Assembly (NCBI GenBank): GCA_000934665.2
Contig: JYFJ02003488.1
Span: 1-40,944 of the forward strand
From: Catajapyx aquilonaris
Lineage: Eukaryota
Direction of reading: 5' to 3'
DNA: 40,944 bases
In this document: positions 13,374 through 26,500 of the stretch, one piece after another
Position numbering within the stretch: position 1 is the stretch's first letter
Layout: each line of letters begins with the position of its first letter
The notes under the pieces: model-generated
Told to the model about the DNA's origin: nothing
Databases searched by the model: none
What the model saw: only the letters and a program-made list of their open reading frames with translations
Translations under genes and position numbers: made by a program

Positions 13374-13463
13374 CTATCAGTCCACCAAGAATTGTCGCAG
13401 CGGCAGCGCACGAACTACAGTTACGAGCACCTGCCGCTGCGACAATTCTTGGTGGACTGATAG
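13374..13463. mobile_element. 90-bp palindromic MITE with TA TSD (Tc1/mariner-type)
   Basis: Perfect inverted repeat (gta)CTATCAGTCCACCAAGAATTGTCGCAGCGGCAG and its reverse complement, with a 24-bp spacer and TA on both sides. Confidence 0.85.
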
Positions 13464-16400
13464 TACCATTTGCCGACGTCAACATTATTTCTGCATGTCG
13501 ATGGCCTCGTCACGAAAATAAAGTGTGCAATCCCAAATGCGCCACTGGTATAGCTAACCTCTGTACCTTGAAACTTGCATCACTGTGATAGCATCACTGT
13601 GATTTGTCACTTGTTTAGCCCTGCTGTAATCAGACAATAGGCTACTAGAATGGACTCGTTCGACAAAAGTATTTCAATTCCAACGTGACAGTGGATATAA
13701 AGCACTGACACAAATATTTTCATGTCGTGATATTTTCAACATTTCTGTACCGCATCCTTGAGCTGCTAAGAATAACGGGATAGCAACGTTGATCCGTGGC
13801 AAATAACATCATTGCAATGTATAGAGACGGGGAAAAGTGCAACTTTATATTACCGACTAATTCACAAAAGTGTTAGCAGGTGATTGTGTTAATAGGCTAT
13901 TTTCGAATTATCAACTCTGTCAATTACCCTACATAACTACGAGGTATTTTATTTTTCTATAATGCGCAAGTAACATGCACAGAGCAGTTGTACGCATTGC
14001 CCATTTACAATACTACATGCGCGCATAAAAGATAGACATGGCGTTCTACGTAATACATGCATAACGCGGCGCAGGTCTCCAAACTGCCTATTACCATACC
14101 TGGCATAAAACAATGTGCACTGTCGATTTGCAATGCAGCGCAATTGTGAATATCATCTGCGGGACACGCAAAAAACGGGCGTTCACAATAATTGTGGAGC
14201 AATGGCCACACTGTCAGATTTAAATGAAGCCAAGTATATCGCGCTCATAAACTGTTGGGGACTTGTTTGTATGCAGACTGCCGCGCAAATAAACAGAATG
14301 CCACGGTGGAGTATTTTGCAATACGCCACAGCCAATATACGCAAACATGGCTCTGAGCTAATATGGTACCTGCCGCATGGTACAAACACCATGCATGTTT
14401 TTATGTGTAGTTTTCCGCTTCAAAATATGGTGGCATATTATGCCAATGATGTATAATGCACTTGAGGTGGTAGATAACAGTATGAGTGGACATAGCCCTT
14501 GTTTTCTTACGGACGCAGATTAGCCCCACGGTGGATGTTATCCTGCCAAGTTTGTCCTGCTGAATGAAGACATTACTTATACGCTCAGATTGATATCAAC
14601 TGCAAGTTTAGCCAATAGCGTGTCCCAGGCGCATATGGAGACCAATCATGTATCAGAAGAATCTTGAATACAATTTCTCCAAAAAATAATTGCCATCCCG
14701 CCAGAAACAAAATACCGCCAAACTTCCCGAGCACCATTAAAGCGCAATGAGCCTTCGATTGAGCCCTTCCTTCCACTTTGGATATGAAAATATCGACCAT
14801 GCAAGCTCCGACCTATCAGAGACAAGGTGATGCTTTTGACACCAACCATTCCTTGCATCAAACTACAAAAGACAAGCCGGCAGACTGTGCTTACAGTCCG
14901 GACTCATTGTCTTACCACCCCCTCCTTTCGAGTCGCATCTCGAATATTATTCCAGGTGGGGGAGCCTACTTGGAAGAGTAAATTGGGCGCAAAAGGAATG
15001 GAATCCCCCACCTTTCCCCACCTCCTACCCTCCCTGGTCGTCAGCTTGTATCAGGAACTATGATGCATACTATTTGGTGCCTCCCAAACGCTGTCGGCAA
15101 CACGGTTAACACAAATATGGCTTGGCGTCAAGTCGGGAGATAGCGCAAAATACATTGTCGAATGCAACAATGGGTGAGGTTGAATGGTGTCGAGCGGCTG
15201 TGTTCGTGTCGCGAGATGTAACATGATAATGGAGATCACAACAATGCATTAATCATGCGTCACGTGGTAGTTTCTCCTATAGTTTTTGTTGGGTTCTTAG
15301 ACCCTGCAAACTCAGTCGAATTAGGCTGTTTCGAAGTGATGACTGTGCTGTCTCGACTTGCTGTTGCTAAGGGTCATGTGTCGTTCCAATTGGACATAAC
15401 TTGGTAATTTACGCCCACTAAGGCAATATTGGATTACACTGCTCTTGCGTTCGACTTCCTTGTGAATACGACCCTCTGTCACAGTCTACATAATTCGTGT
15501 TTTCCATGAACGGTGACATCTGATTAATTAGCTACTACTGTGCTTCCAAGACGATAACAATAACAAACGTCATTAGCTACGATACGTTTTGGTTACGTGT
15601 TTGAAGGACCTGGAAACAAAATCAACTTTGCAGGCGCTTACCCTTAACTAAAAATGTCTAATTGCATTGTAATTACACGTGTCGTGCAAATATTTGAACG
15701 CCATCTGCTACTGGTACTTTTTTGTCGTAAGCCCCCAATTCTGTACAATATCTCTTCACAACGCTATTTTAGTCCATGCAGCTCTCTTCCAGCACCTCAC
15801 CCTGTACAATCTTGAATTTGGCGAAAATTGTGCAGAGTTGAAAGTAGGACTGGAAGATGGGGCATGTTATCAGGGGATGGTGGGGTGGTATAGAATGGGA
15901 AGGGAGAGGCGTCGGAAGCGTCGCGGACGTCTGGTGCTGAGGGCCTGGTTCCCAGGCAGTCATTAGTTGACGCGCCGCGATTCGCAGCTGTTTGGTTCGC
16001 ATCGAGTTGCATGAAGAGCGCCGCCGCAGCTCAGGCACTGCCCCTGCCCAATTTTTTCTCTCTTTTTGTTCCTTTTTTTTGGGGGAACCCACTGCAATGC
16101 CAACTTTGGGGGTACTCACATCACTTGAGCTCTCTTTCGCACTCTCACATTTCAATCACTGGACCAACATTTTCAGGCTAGCTCATTCGTGGTGATATGT
16201 TACGCGTCGGCCGACCCTGGCTGGAATTAGACTCGCGAATGTGTGAATTTTGGGAGTGCACTTGCTTTTGAGAAAACATCATCGTTTTGACGTCATTTCG
16301 TGGCTGCCAAGTGTGTAAATAGTGAAGATATATCTTCTGGCGAGGCGTACCGGATTGTTACTCCGAAGCACGACGAGACGCAACACGCGCAAAACGCAAA

Positions 16401-17003
16401 AAAATACCAACCACGTAAAGAAAATTTCTGCTTGATTTTTTCGAAACTGGTCCATCTGAACTGCACAAAATATTTGAATTGCTTTGGTAACTTATGGGCA
16501 AGTTCCGAACATAGTTTTAAAGAGAGTGAGTTCACATTGACAGTAATGGGACGGGGAGGGTGGGAGGCAGGGGGGGGGGGAAGCAACGTGGCACTACACA
16601 GCACTCTCCCTGGTTTAAATTATTAATGGGGTAACGAGACGTGTGGTTAGCAAATATTGGCATGAATGCCTTGCGCCAGTGTCGCGGTGATTCCCACCCG
16701 CAAGCTCCGCCAGTTTGTTTTACTTTTTTTACGCTGCTATTTGGAAGGGTGCTTCATGCTAGGATTTCGAGTGAAAATGGATGGTTTTTAACTCAGCGTT
16801 GTTTACAGCATAAGGAATGCTACTCTCATCAATTTTACTCGAATTGACGAATATATACTGGGTGTGTCTCTGTCCAAGTTGACAGGGAGAGAAGGGGAGA
16901 GTTGATGGATTAGTCACTATTGGAATGCACTTGAAGTCCATTTTATATTTGGCACAAAGTTTGGGGCTTGTCAACTTGTACAAGACATTTCTGCCGGTTC
17001 ATA

Positions 17004-17255
17004 CAGGGTGTTCCAAGTTCGTGGGTGTTGTTTTTGTTATCACTGATATCCTCCCAAGTAGTTATTTTTGTGTAGCTTGTTGTGCCCCGATCCAGGTGCC
17101 TCAGTACTATCTGGTGGTCGAATGTAGCAGTAGCTATATACAAGTATAATAGGGCAACCGATTAGGGGGACAACAAGATACCAAAAAACAGCATCGAGCG
17201 AAATTTTCTATAACAATAACAAATATAAAAGGCCCCATGGACTAGGAACACCCTG
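17004..17255. mobile_element. Tc1/mariner-type MITE (252 bp)
   Basis: Termini CAGGGTGTTCC...GGAACACCCTG (TIR about 23 bp, 4 mismatches), with TA TSD. Confidence 0.85.
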
Positions 17256-17379
17256 TATATGAGCTAAATATTAAAAGACACCGTATATTAATACAGTATT
17301 AGTTCTGGCTTGAAATGCAGAGGGGGAGAAGGTAATATAGTAAGTTGTATGCCGAAATAACTGTTAGACTCTAACAATA

Positions 17380-17986
17380 CAGTAAAACTTCTATAAGTCT
17401 ATAAGTCTATATGGGACCGAAAAAAACCTTCGAGTTATAAAAGATTCGAGTTAGAGAAGTTTGAATTTTTTAAAGTACAGAACTCTATAAGGAAGCCTAC
17501 CTTTATATCCAGCGACGAAAGGTGTTCAAAACTTAAAAATAACTGTCACTATCACACTTACAATGTTCCTCGTTGTTTTGTTGTGAAAAAATCTCCTTTA
17601 TGGACATTTGCCTACTCTTAGATTCAAGGATTCAATTGTCACAATCGAGTCAAACACTTCTGTCGGTACGTCTGGTAGACGGAGATAAGGAAATTGAGCC
17701 TTTCTGTACATGTGGCCTACTCTCGACCCTGCGGCTGGGAAATGAGAAGATTAAATTTTCCGTACTCGCCAACATGAACTTCGACTTAGGGAGACTGAAA
17801 ATGCATTGATATCCCATCCTAAGGCCCTGCCAGCACTTCGAGTTATGGAGAACTTCGAGTTATAGAAATTCGAGTTAGGGAAGTTTATTTCCTATTATTT
17901 TACCTTCTGACCAACCAAGCTCACAATTTTCTTTGACTTGTAGAGAACTTCGACTTAGGGAAGTTCGACTTACAGAAGTTTTACTG
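17380..17986. mobile_element. pogo/Tigger-like non-autonomous element (607 bp)
   Basis: 20-bp TIRs CAGTAAAACTTCTRTAAGTC (19/20), TA TSD, and many subterminal TTCGA(G/C)TTA repeats at both ends. Confidence 0.9.
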
Positions 17987-18134
17987 TATTTTACAGCGTC
18001 ATATGGATGAGTTACGCGTATAATAACTGGCTGTGAGGTTGTTAATTTATTTAACCATGCCTGCTACAGTACGAATCATTGATATATACTGTACAGCAAT
18101 TGTTGGTAGTTTTATTCTCAACAAAGTTTAAAAT

Positions 18135-18168
18135 TAATAATAACAACAACAACAACAATAATAATAAT
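18135..18168. repeat. Compound (AAT)/(AAC) microsatellite
   Basis: Short mixed trinucleotide run. Confidence 0.9.
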
Positions 18169-20198
18169 GTTATCCAGCATCATCATGATGAGGATAACAA
18201 TACAACAACCATTCTTGGTATGTACAGGTTCATTCTCCAATTCACATATACCCAACGCTAAATTTAACGAGGCATATGTGCGCGACACATTTCTCTACTG
18301 TAATTTGCAAGGGACAGCCGATGCACCCCCCAAAAAAACTAACAATAAAAGAACATGTCCGGAAACGATGACAACAATATTGTCGCGGGCACAAGAAAAG
18401 CCCGGTCCTGACAAATGCACTCTTGAGTATAATATACTGTACACGTTTGAAATCCCAGCTATATATTATATGAGCCTATAGGGGTAGCGACAGACTAGAC
18501 TGCGTAGCATAGGTTTAAAACGGCTAGAGAATCCGCGGTGTTAATTTGCAGTCGGATATCCGAATCACACAGCTGGTGTTTTGGGTAAAAGTGAGGGAGG
18601 GTGGGAGGGAAGAGGGGAGGGGGGGGGGGTTGGAATTGGAAGGGATTTGCACGGCAAACTCGCGCCAGTGTTTTCCTGCGCCCGTAATCGGCCCACTGCC
18701 ACGGATCCACGTAGCGAGGCTTAGCCCCCCGCGCCTGGAAATAAAGCTAACATCACCCCCCCCCCCTTCCTCCCCACTTCCATTCTCCCCGCTTCGCCCT
18801 CCCTCTCTCCTCCCACCTCCACTAACCTGCTCATCACACATCCGCTGAAAATACGGACCGTCATCGCCCCGGATACCGTTTGGACCCCTGGTAAAGTCGG
18901 ATTCCGGTTTAGTTCGACAAGCAATATCCTACAATGCGACATTTTGTGTGGGAGGGACCGCAGGGGGAGGTGGGGCAGGAATTCATTTGAATTTTTTTAA
19001 AAAACCGCCATGGGATACAAAATTATTAGTTGGTGTGCCCCAGTTGCATACTGAAAGTAAATGCGGCGTTTTGTTGAGCTGAAGTCAGCGATGCCAAACA
19101 GATTTGGATTATAGGTTTCATGGATGCGTGTTTCCAATTTCCAATTTCGGTTACATATGTTAAAAATTGTCCAAATTTAGCACCTAATTAAGAATGTGCG
19201 AAAACCACTCCCGGTTCAATACGTTTTGTCATAATAATAGTGCAAAAAAAATGATTTCAAAAAATTATGCAAGTTATCACTCTATTGAACCTGAGAGTTT
19301 GACCAAACCCTCTCAGTGCAAAAACACCTATTTGCATACTAAACCAAATACACGGTTACAAAAGTTGTCCAAACCTGATGGTCGTGAACCATAGAATTTC
19401 CCCACCGACTGTGAGGCAATAAAAAAAAATGCAGGATAATGTTGGCTAAGTCTGTTACAACCAGTACTGTAAAAACCTGGCGCAGACACAAGAGAAGCGC
19501 ACATGTTGCATAAGCGCTCCGGGATCAACCCAATCTTCCCAAGGTCATCTGTTCGCTCAAAACATTTGGTCCGGTCCCTGCACAAGGAACTCAGTGGGCA
19601 AACATTCGCAAATTAATGTAATTCCCTCCTGGCATTAAAAATGTCGCCCCCCCCCCCCAGTACAGTAGGAAAACCTGATCCTTAAATCAGCTCATAACGG
19701 GATTAAATGTAGTGGTAGCAGCACGAGCCGCGTCATGTAGCCTAGTTGTGGCGACCAAAATCGGGCTTGTCGCCGCCACGATTTACCATACCCGATTGCG
19801 AATTATTATACCCTACATCCACGCGTTTATAGCTTGCTATTACAAGCATTTTTGCATATTTATGATGCTTACATTTTTACACCGGGGGNGGGGGGGGAGC
19901 AGTAAATAGGGATGCGTGTTTAGGTGGGCCTGTGCGCATCTCTGTGCAATGAACGGGATTCATGAAAATGAAAATGGACCAAGTATTTCCTTGCTGTAAA
20001 AGATGAGTGCGGGTATGGGGGATGTGGTCGTTGGCGATTTTGCGTGCTGGTTGATGGCAATGCAACAGATCATGAAATGCGGAATGTATCCACATGTGGA
20101 CAATTCGAATAGTCACTCATTTTTCATCGCCAATTTCACTCCGTCGCCACTATTTGTATGAACGGCAGAAACTGGAGATAAAATGTATATGGAGTGTA

Positions 20199-20435
20199 CA
20201 GGGTGTGTTTGAAATTGGAGTAGTCCTTCAGAGGGTGTGGTAGATGAACTGTTGCGGTTTGACCCTGGTTTGCCTTAACCATATAGATATTATGGTCTTA
20301 ACCGTTCCAATAAATGCAAAAATAAATGAGAGGAAAATAGCCATTGTTGGTTCAAAAATTCTGATGATTTCCAGGATGATCTGCACAGTCTGCAAATATT
20401 CTGGCATGCAGCTGTAATATTTCCGGAACACTTTC
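20199..20435. mobile_element. Degenerate mariner-type MITE remnant
   Basis: The left end TA|CAGGGTGTGTTTGAAAT is typical of mariner MITEs. The right end is only weakly complementary, so the boundary is approximate. Confidence 0.35.
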
Positions 20436-21424
20436 AATTTATCCTCCTGAGACCCCTAGTACACCTTTCAATCACCTTTGTTTTTTTTACGCGTTTGAGT
20501 TAGTCAGAAGGTGCTGGAAAAAACAAAGGTACAGTATACTGTACCAGGGCTATATGGCAGGATCAGTCCTGGTCACCCCTACACCTTTCCCATATAAGGC
20601 CAATGCTGCACAACACTCAAATTGAAATCACATGCTCGGAACTTCCCGCCACTATCTTATTCGTCGTATATTGCTAAGTGCGAAAATCACTAATAAAAAC
20701 AATAAATTAATACGATTTTTTTTAAAAAAATCTGAGTCAAGTATATGGTATAGAGTCAACAGAGTGATTGTTGAGTCCAGTTGTGAATATTTGAGTAAAC
20801 ACCTCTCCACCGCTCCCTAACACCTTCTCCACATCCCCCTGACCCAACCACCCACCATGTTCCCACCCACGCACAACGAATTCTGGGAAATCCTCACCTG
20901 TGCAACGAACTCTACAACCCGAAATCCAGGCCAAAGTTGACTTTGTCGAGCTGCGAATTGGGATGAAGCAATCCGAAAGGGATTAGCGAGCAGAGTAGTA
21001 GCTCCGAGAGGGGTGGGGAGGAGGAGGGGATGGAGGGGGAGAGGTGGAGGGAGGGGATACCCGCGGGTCCCTGCTGGCCGCAGAAGGAAACAACTGGCGG
21101 GATGCGATAATGTTGGGGGTGGGGGACGGGGGATCGGGGAGAAGGGCTGTTGGAGGTTGAGGATGCGAGGCGCTGATTTGGCCAAGTTAGGGGAACACGT
21201 GGCAAAAGAGGGCCGAGTGTCAGGTGTGATCCCCCTTCTCCAGTTTTGCCAAAATTTGGAAGAAGAGGTCTGGTCATGTGGTAATTGCACCAGGAACCGT
21301 GTGTGCACAGGGAAAAGGAATAGATTCATGCCTGTAAAAGCTCGATGAAATCAGCACACCATGGTTTACTTTTTATTCGATTGCAATAAAAATAATTTTC
21401 TTACTAATACTGAAACGTCTGGAC

Positions 21425-21535
21425 CAGGGATGGAAAAAGTACCGCTTCCTTCCAAGAAGCGCTTCTTTTTTCCATGTGCAGGGATAGAAAAAGAACCGCT
21501 TACCGCCCAAAGAAGCGGTTCTTTTTCCATCCCTG
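21425..21535. mobile_element. hAT-type MITE (111 bp) built from two tandem hairpin units
   Basis: 24-bp TIRs CAGGGATGGAAAAAGWACCGCTTC (23/24), with a perfect 8-bp TSD GTCTGGAC (21417-21424, 21536-21543) fitting the nTnnnnAn hAT target pattern. Confidence 0.93.
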
Positions 21536-23249
21536 GTCTGGACAGATATTCCACAACAGTGTGCAATATTGTCATAGAGCCATAGACAGTTATGATATTT
21601 CAAAAGAAAATCAACACCATTTCTTGTGGCATTCTTGGCAATAAGGGCGGAATTCAGAAACGCATGATTAGAGAGTGTTTAACTAACAGCGTGATTAAAG
21701 CTTTCAACCAACCCTAATTTCAATAATGACTGTTTCATCTACTCTTCCTGATACAAAAGTTTCAATCATAGACGCGGGTAAAGTTATTCAAAGTTCCCCT
21801 ATAATTCGTCAAAAGTGCCCACTATTAAATTATTTGTCGCAAAAAGTGGTACAACACTGAAAATTTGCACATACCCTGCTGGTTTCAGAGTTGAGTCACA
21901 CCCATATCGGCAAGGATCTCGTTGATGCTCATTTTTACTTCCTCCTGTCGCCTCACATCTAGTTTGGTAGTGTAGGTATGACATACTGTACATCGTTGGA
22001 AGACCTATTTCATGGTAACCGTATGATCCCAAGCCAAACTTGAAGGTGAGTTCATTTAGGGCCAAATTTCCAACTATACGAATGTCACCTCAATGCTTAA
22101 ACTCGCGGTATACTAGTTCGTATATTGCACTGATGACCACACCTGTTTTCTGCTAGAACAAGTACAGTTCTCTAAAAATTGTTCGAAAAAAGGTAGGCCA
22201 TAAGGATCGCAGGAATCTTGACACTAGTGTACCCTCATATCTCGTAATCATTCCATTTCATATCTTCATCGCATGACTTTGTATCACGTGCTTCAGGTGA
22301 AAATCTCGATGAGGCTCATTTCCACTCTCTCCCGAATTCTTAAAAACGCCTAAAGAGATAAATAAGAGACACTGCAATATGCAATTTATTTTAAAAACAA
22401 TTTATTATGAATCACTTGTTAAAAAGTATTAAATGCTGAACACACCTCGCTCCCTTGTTTTTTTATTATCATTAAAACTTGAACACGACGAGGAATACCT
22501 ATACAGTCATAAATAACGAACTGATGCCATCTGCCATGACGTGGACACCCCTAATAATAATCAGCTCAGAATGTAGCAGTAGGCGCGAAAAAAATAATAA
22601 TGAGTGGTGTTACCCAGCATGTACCCTCGCTTGCCCAACCTCACCTTACCCATGCTGCATAGCTCCACATGCAGACTGAGGGGTAGTTTAGGGGTGGTCG
22701 TGTGAGGGGGAGTGGGGAGGGTGGGGAGTGGCGGCGTGCCAGGAGCAGATGTGTTCTGGGGGTGGCAGGAGGATGCAGGATGAGAGAGGCTGGAGGGGGA
22801 TGGAGGGTACAGGGGGGGGGGNGGAGAATGGTATAGCTTTGGGCTACGGGTTGGGGGGGCTAGGTATAGGGGGGGTTGCAAAAAGGCATATGGCCAGCCG
22901 GTCACCCGGTCACAATGTGATAATTTCAGCTGGGGAATAAGGGGAAAGGTGGGAGGAAGGGACAAGAATGTCAAAAGAGCCGGTGGGCCAATTTTGGAAG
23001 TGGGACACCTGCTTTGCTTTGTTAAAGGGCTGGATGTTCTGAAATTCTGGTCTAAGGAGGACTGGTAAGGTTAGGTTAGGGGTCAGGCCAGCAAATATGA
23101 TATATCGTCATAACAATAGTTCAGGTATAAAATAATGTGGGTAACGTCAATTGAAATCGTTTCACATCAATTAAAAATCCCAGCAGTGTTAGACCAGTTT
23201 CTCGTGCTTATGCTGCGACGTCACAACTGATTGCTAATCTCATTTTCTC

Positions 23250-23540
23250 AGGAGGCATGGTGTTCTAGTGGCTATGCTACTGGCCAGCCAAGCGGGAGGT
23301 CCAGGGTTCAAATCCCGTCCCCGTCACCTTCGCTTGGTCGAGTCTTTTTTCCGCTTTTCACCCGACATGTCTGGGAAGAATTGCACTCCCTTCTCTGCCC
23401 AGGGCCAAGAGAAAGGTTTGGTATTGAAGAGGGTCAGAAATAACTACTTAAAAGCGCCCTCCCTTGGGAACCCCCGCCCTAAGAGGGCCCCTGGTCCTAT
23501 CACGGGGCATTAGAAACAAGCAAAAACAAAAACAAAAATT
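23250..23540 (+). mobile_element. tRNA-Gly-derived SINE
   Basis: A box TGGTGTTCTAGTGG (23258) and B box GGTTCAAATCCC (23305). The head resembles tRNA-Gly-GCC. It ends in a 3' hairpin and a (CAAAAA)n tail, with TSD attttctc (23242-23249 / 23541-23548). Confidence 0.82.
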
Positions 23541-26500
23541 ATTTTCTCTGGATGTGTATTCGCCCCTGAGCAACTGTGGTCACAAACTTTCTCAAAATTG
23601 AGTTTTCCTTTAGCTTTCAGCCAGTGTGGAATGAACTTCAAATCCCTATTCCCCAACCATATCATTATTGTGGGTTGATCACCACAAAGAATGCGGCTGA
23701 CATGAGCCTCACGAGCAAAACAGTCATTCCGGCTTTTATTAGCTTGCTTTCGAATATGCCACTGAAATGACAATTCGCTACCAGTTTTCAAAAAAAACAA
23801 CATGCAAACCTTTCAATAGACTTCCCCCAAAAATCCGCGCCTAATTCAACTGAAACAAATTCGCAACGCCGCCATTAACTACAATGTTCAACGTTATTGA
23901 GGTGGGTGGAAGTGGGGGGAGGCGGAGGATGGGGCGGGTATGGGTGTGTGTGTGTGTGGAAAAAACCAATACACCGCCGGGGCCAATAATCATTAATTAT
24001 GGCCCCTGTCATGAATAATCGAAAGCTTATCAAACCTATAATCATCCGGATAATTATGTCTCCTGACCTCTACACGCACACATATTCCATGGACAGGCGG
24101 CCTTACAGCCAGAAGTGTCCAAAGTGTTACAGAGGGGGGGGGGGCTACACCCTCTCCCCCTCCCCCTATGTCCCAACCCTCCCATCCCCCTCCATATGAT
24201 GACATTCGCAGTGTGCAATTAGCGGCAACGGCCTGGTGATAATCATCTGTGAAAAACCACATGCAGATATTGTCCCAGGAAATTAAACTGGATCCCGTGT
24301 TTTATGGCACTCGCAGAAAATGGGCACATATGGCTCCTGGCAGGTGTCAGCGGCACTCATTGGTGGCCTCATGATGCTCCTAATGTAGCTCACACTGGAA
24401 TATTTGTCATCACCCCCAACTTTTCTTCCGCACCCCCACCAGTCCGCATTACGCCAAATGAATGCCCGACACGCTTGGATGCCAAATGTTTTTTTTGAAA
24501 TGCGCATACCAAAATAAAGATGGCCGCGGGGTAGGCCGCACAGGGGGGACAAAGGATGTTGACACTGTGGTAATCATACAGTGCAGTTTAGGCCCAAAAA
24601 ATGGCGGGAGCCAGGTGCTGCTGGTTTGGCGCCAGCTGCACTGGAATGGGACGGAGGGGGCTAATGGGACCCTTTTTGGACCTCCCGAATGGGTGGGTGC
24701 AAGCAGGTACTTACGGAGGACGCGACCTTGCCCACCACTCCTACAATGCACGAAAGGGTGGGGAGGGGGGGGGGGNGGGGGGGGGGGGGTTGGTCCTTCA
24801 TTGACTGTCCTGCTGGGTCTATGCCCTTCCTACACACTACGGCGCCTGGCTGGTAGGCAACACTGGTTACTTGCAGCTGGGAGGACCAGATGTCCCCATG
24901 TCACGTGTGGCCAGAAGTGGGTATGGAGCCCACCTCAGTTTCGGGCAGGTGGACTGGGACGTAAAAGGCGAAGGCCCGACATTCCGATGTTTGCTCTTCA
25001 AAGCCTTTGGACTTTTAAGGGACCGCGAGTCAACTTTAAAAAAAAAATCCTTTTGCTCATGAAAAGAATCGTGGCCAATGACATTTTAAAAAAATATCGA
25101 GGAATGAAAATGCTAATTAAATGATGACTTTTGCGTCGAGAGCAATCCAGTGTTATTACACGATTTGCATCGAATATGGGGAATACAGGTGCAGTACATG
25201 TTGAAATATGTCCCGGCAGAACGTTAGAAAACGAACGTTTCTCCCTCCAATCACAACAGAGCCAAAGTGTGCTTCTTCTCAAAAGTGTGTAATGTTAACT
25301 CATGCACTCATCCATCATCAGGATAACACATACCGGAAGGACTGTTGTTATTTTTTCCAGGAAGAACAGGGCTGAGAACCGGTGGAGCGAGCGGCACATC
25401 CCCATTGACTTACATTTATTCCCGTTTTATTTTATCGAATCAAAACATCCCTTCGGCAAAGGACGACAGTGGGGAAAATTTTATTATTTAGCCAAGGAAT
25501 GCGAGCAGATTCATCTCTTCCCATTTCCAATGCGTGTGAGTCAAGCTTCGGGCTTGGAATCACATTTGGACCAAACTTTCACCGGACTCATTTCCCTTGT
25601 TATGTTGGGATATATCTGCGGCTGTGATATACCTCAAGATCCTAATATTTGCTTTATACTGCCCTCTCGTTAGGTTCCATAATTTAAAGGTGAAGCGAGG
25701 GAAAAATAACCATAAAGCAAGCAGATATTTAAATAACGTCGTTTGTATAATTACAGGCTACTGAAGCATTTTTTTCCGGAAACACTCTTGGATATATCAT
25801 GCGTGCACTATTTGTCTTCGTTCAAGTACTGTACGTTGCCTGTGATTAAAATTTTAACCACGCTTGTACAGAACCAGGTATATGCACATGAAAACTTTAC
25901 TGAATGATAATATCTAAGCTTTGCGGTCGCTATTTAAAAATGTAGTATTCTTGCCCGAGTAAAACGAGAGTGGCTTGAGCTAAAATGATTCTCCTTTGCT
26001 GCTATTTTCCCCTAGTAAGAAGTCAGAACTGAAACTGTATCTCGATCAAGCCTCCCAGCTGTTAATTGCCTATAATCAACATGTTGCCACAGAGTGCATC
26101 AGGAAGGTGATGCCATCTATTAGTGATACTTTATCAGATTCGTATCAGTGAGCTCATGTCGGAAGGTTGTATGAAAGTTATAGACCAGTGAAAATCATTT
26201 TCTGCTGAACTGTAGCTAACGTGATGCAGGTAACTACAACATAAAACTGCACTTCTGCTCCCAGTAGAGTAAACACTAAGGTTGATAAACAAATCAGGAA
26301 AAATTACACTTTCTCATAACATAAACAGAGGGAACAGTATGTGGCATTCGCATTCTAATTGGAATTATATGTACGTAAGTTACCAGTCATTATTTACTGT
26401 ACATGCAAATTTGATATGAAAGAGATACAGGTAATTAAACACAGCTTTCACGTCCTCGCACATATCCGGCAGCGAAGGAAGTGAGCGGAAATGAACATCC

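Noticed and set aside
17425..17975. Interspaced short repeats resembling a CRISPR array (also 32866-33246 and 39528-40146)
   Set aside because: The repeats are short, irregularly spaced and enclosed by TIRs and TSDs, so they are transposon subterminal repeats. There are no cas genes and the context is eukaryotic.
21769..22112. Possible mariner-like MITE with TA.ACGCG ends
   Set aside because: The putative TIRs are too degenerate to define boundaries.
24462..25124. Longest ORF in the track (220 aa)
   Set aside because: It runs through a poly-G tract containing an N, and has no recognisable domain or convincing splice sites. It is a GC-rich chance ORF.
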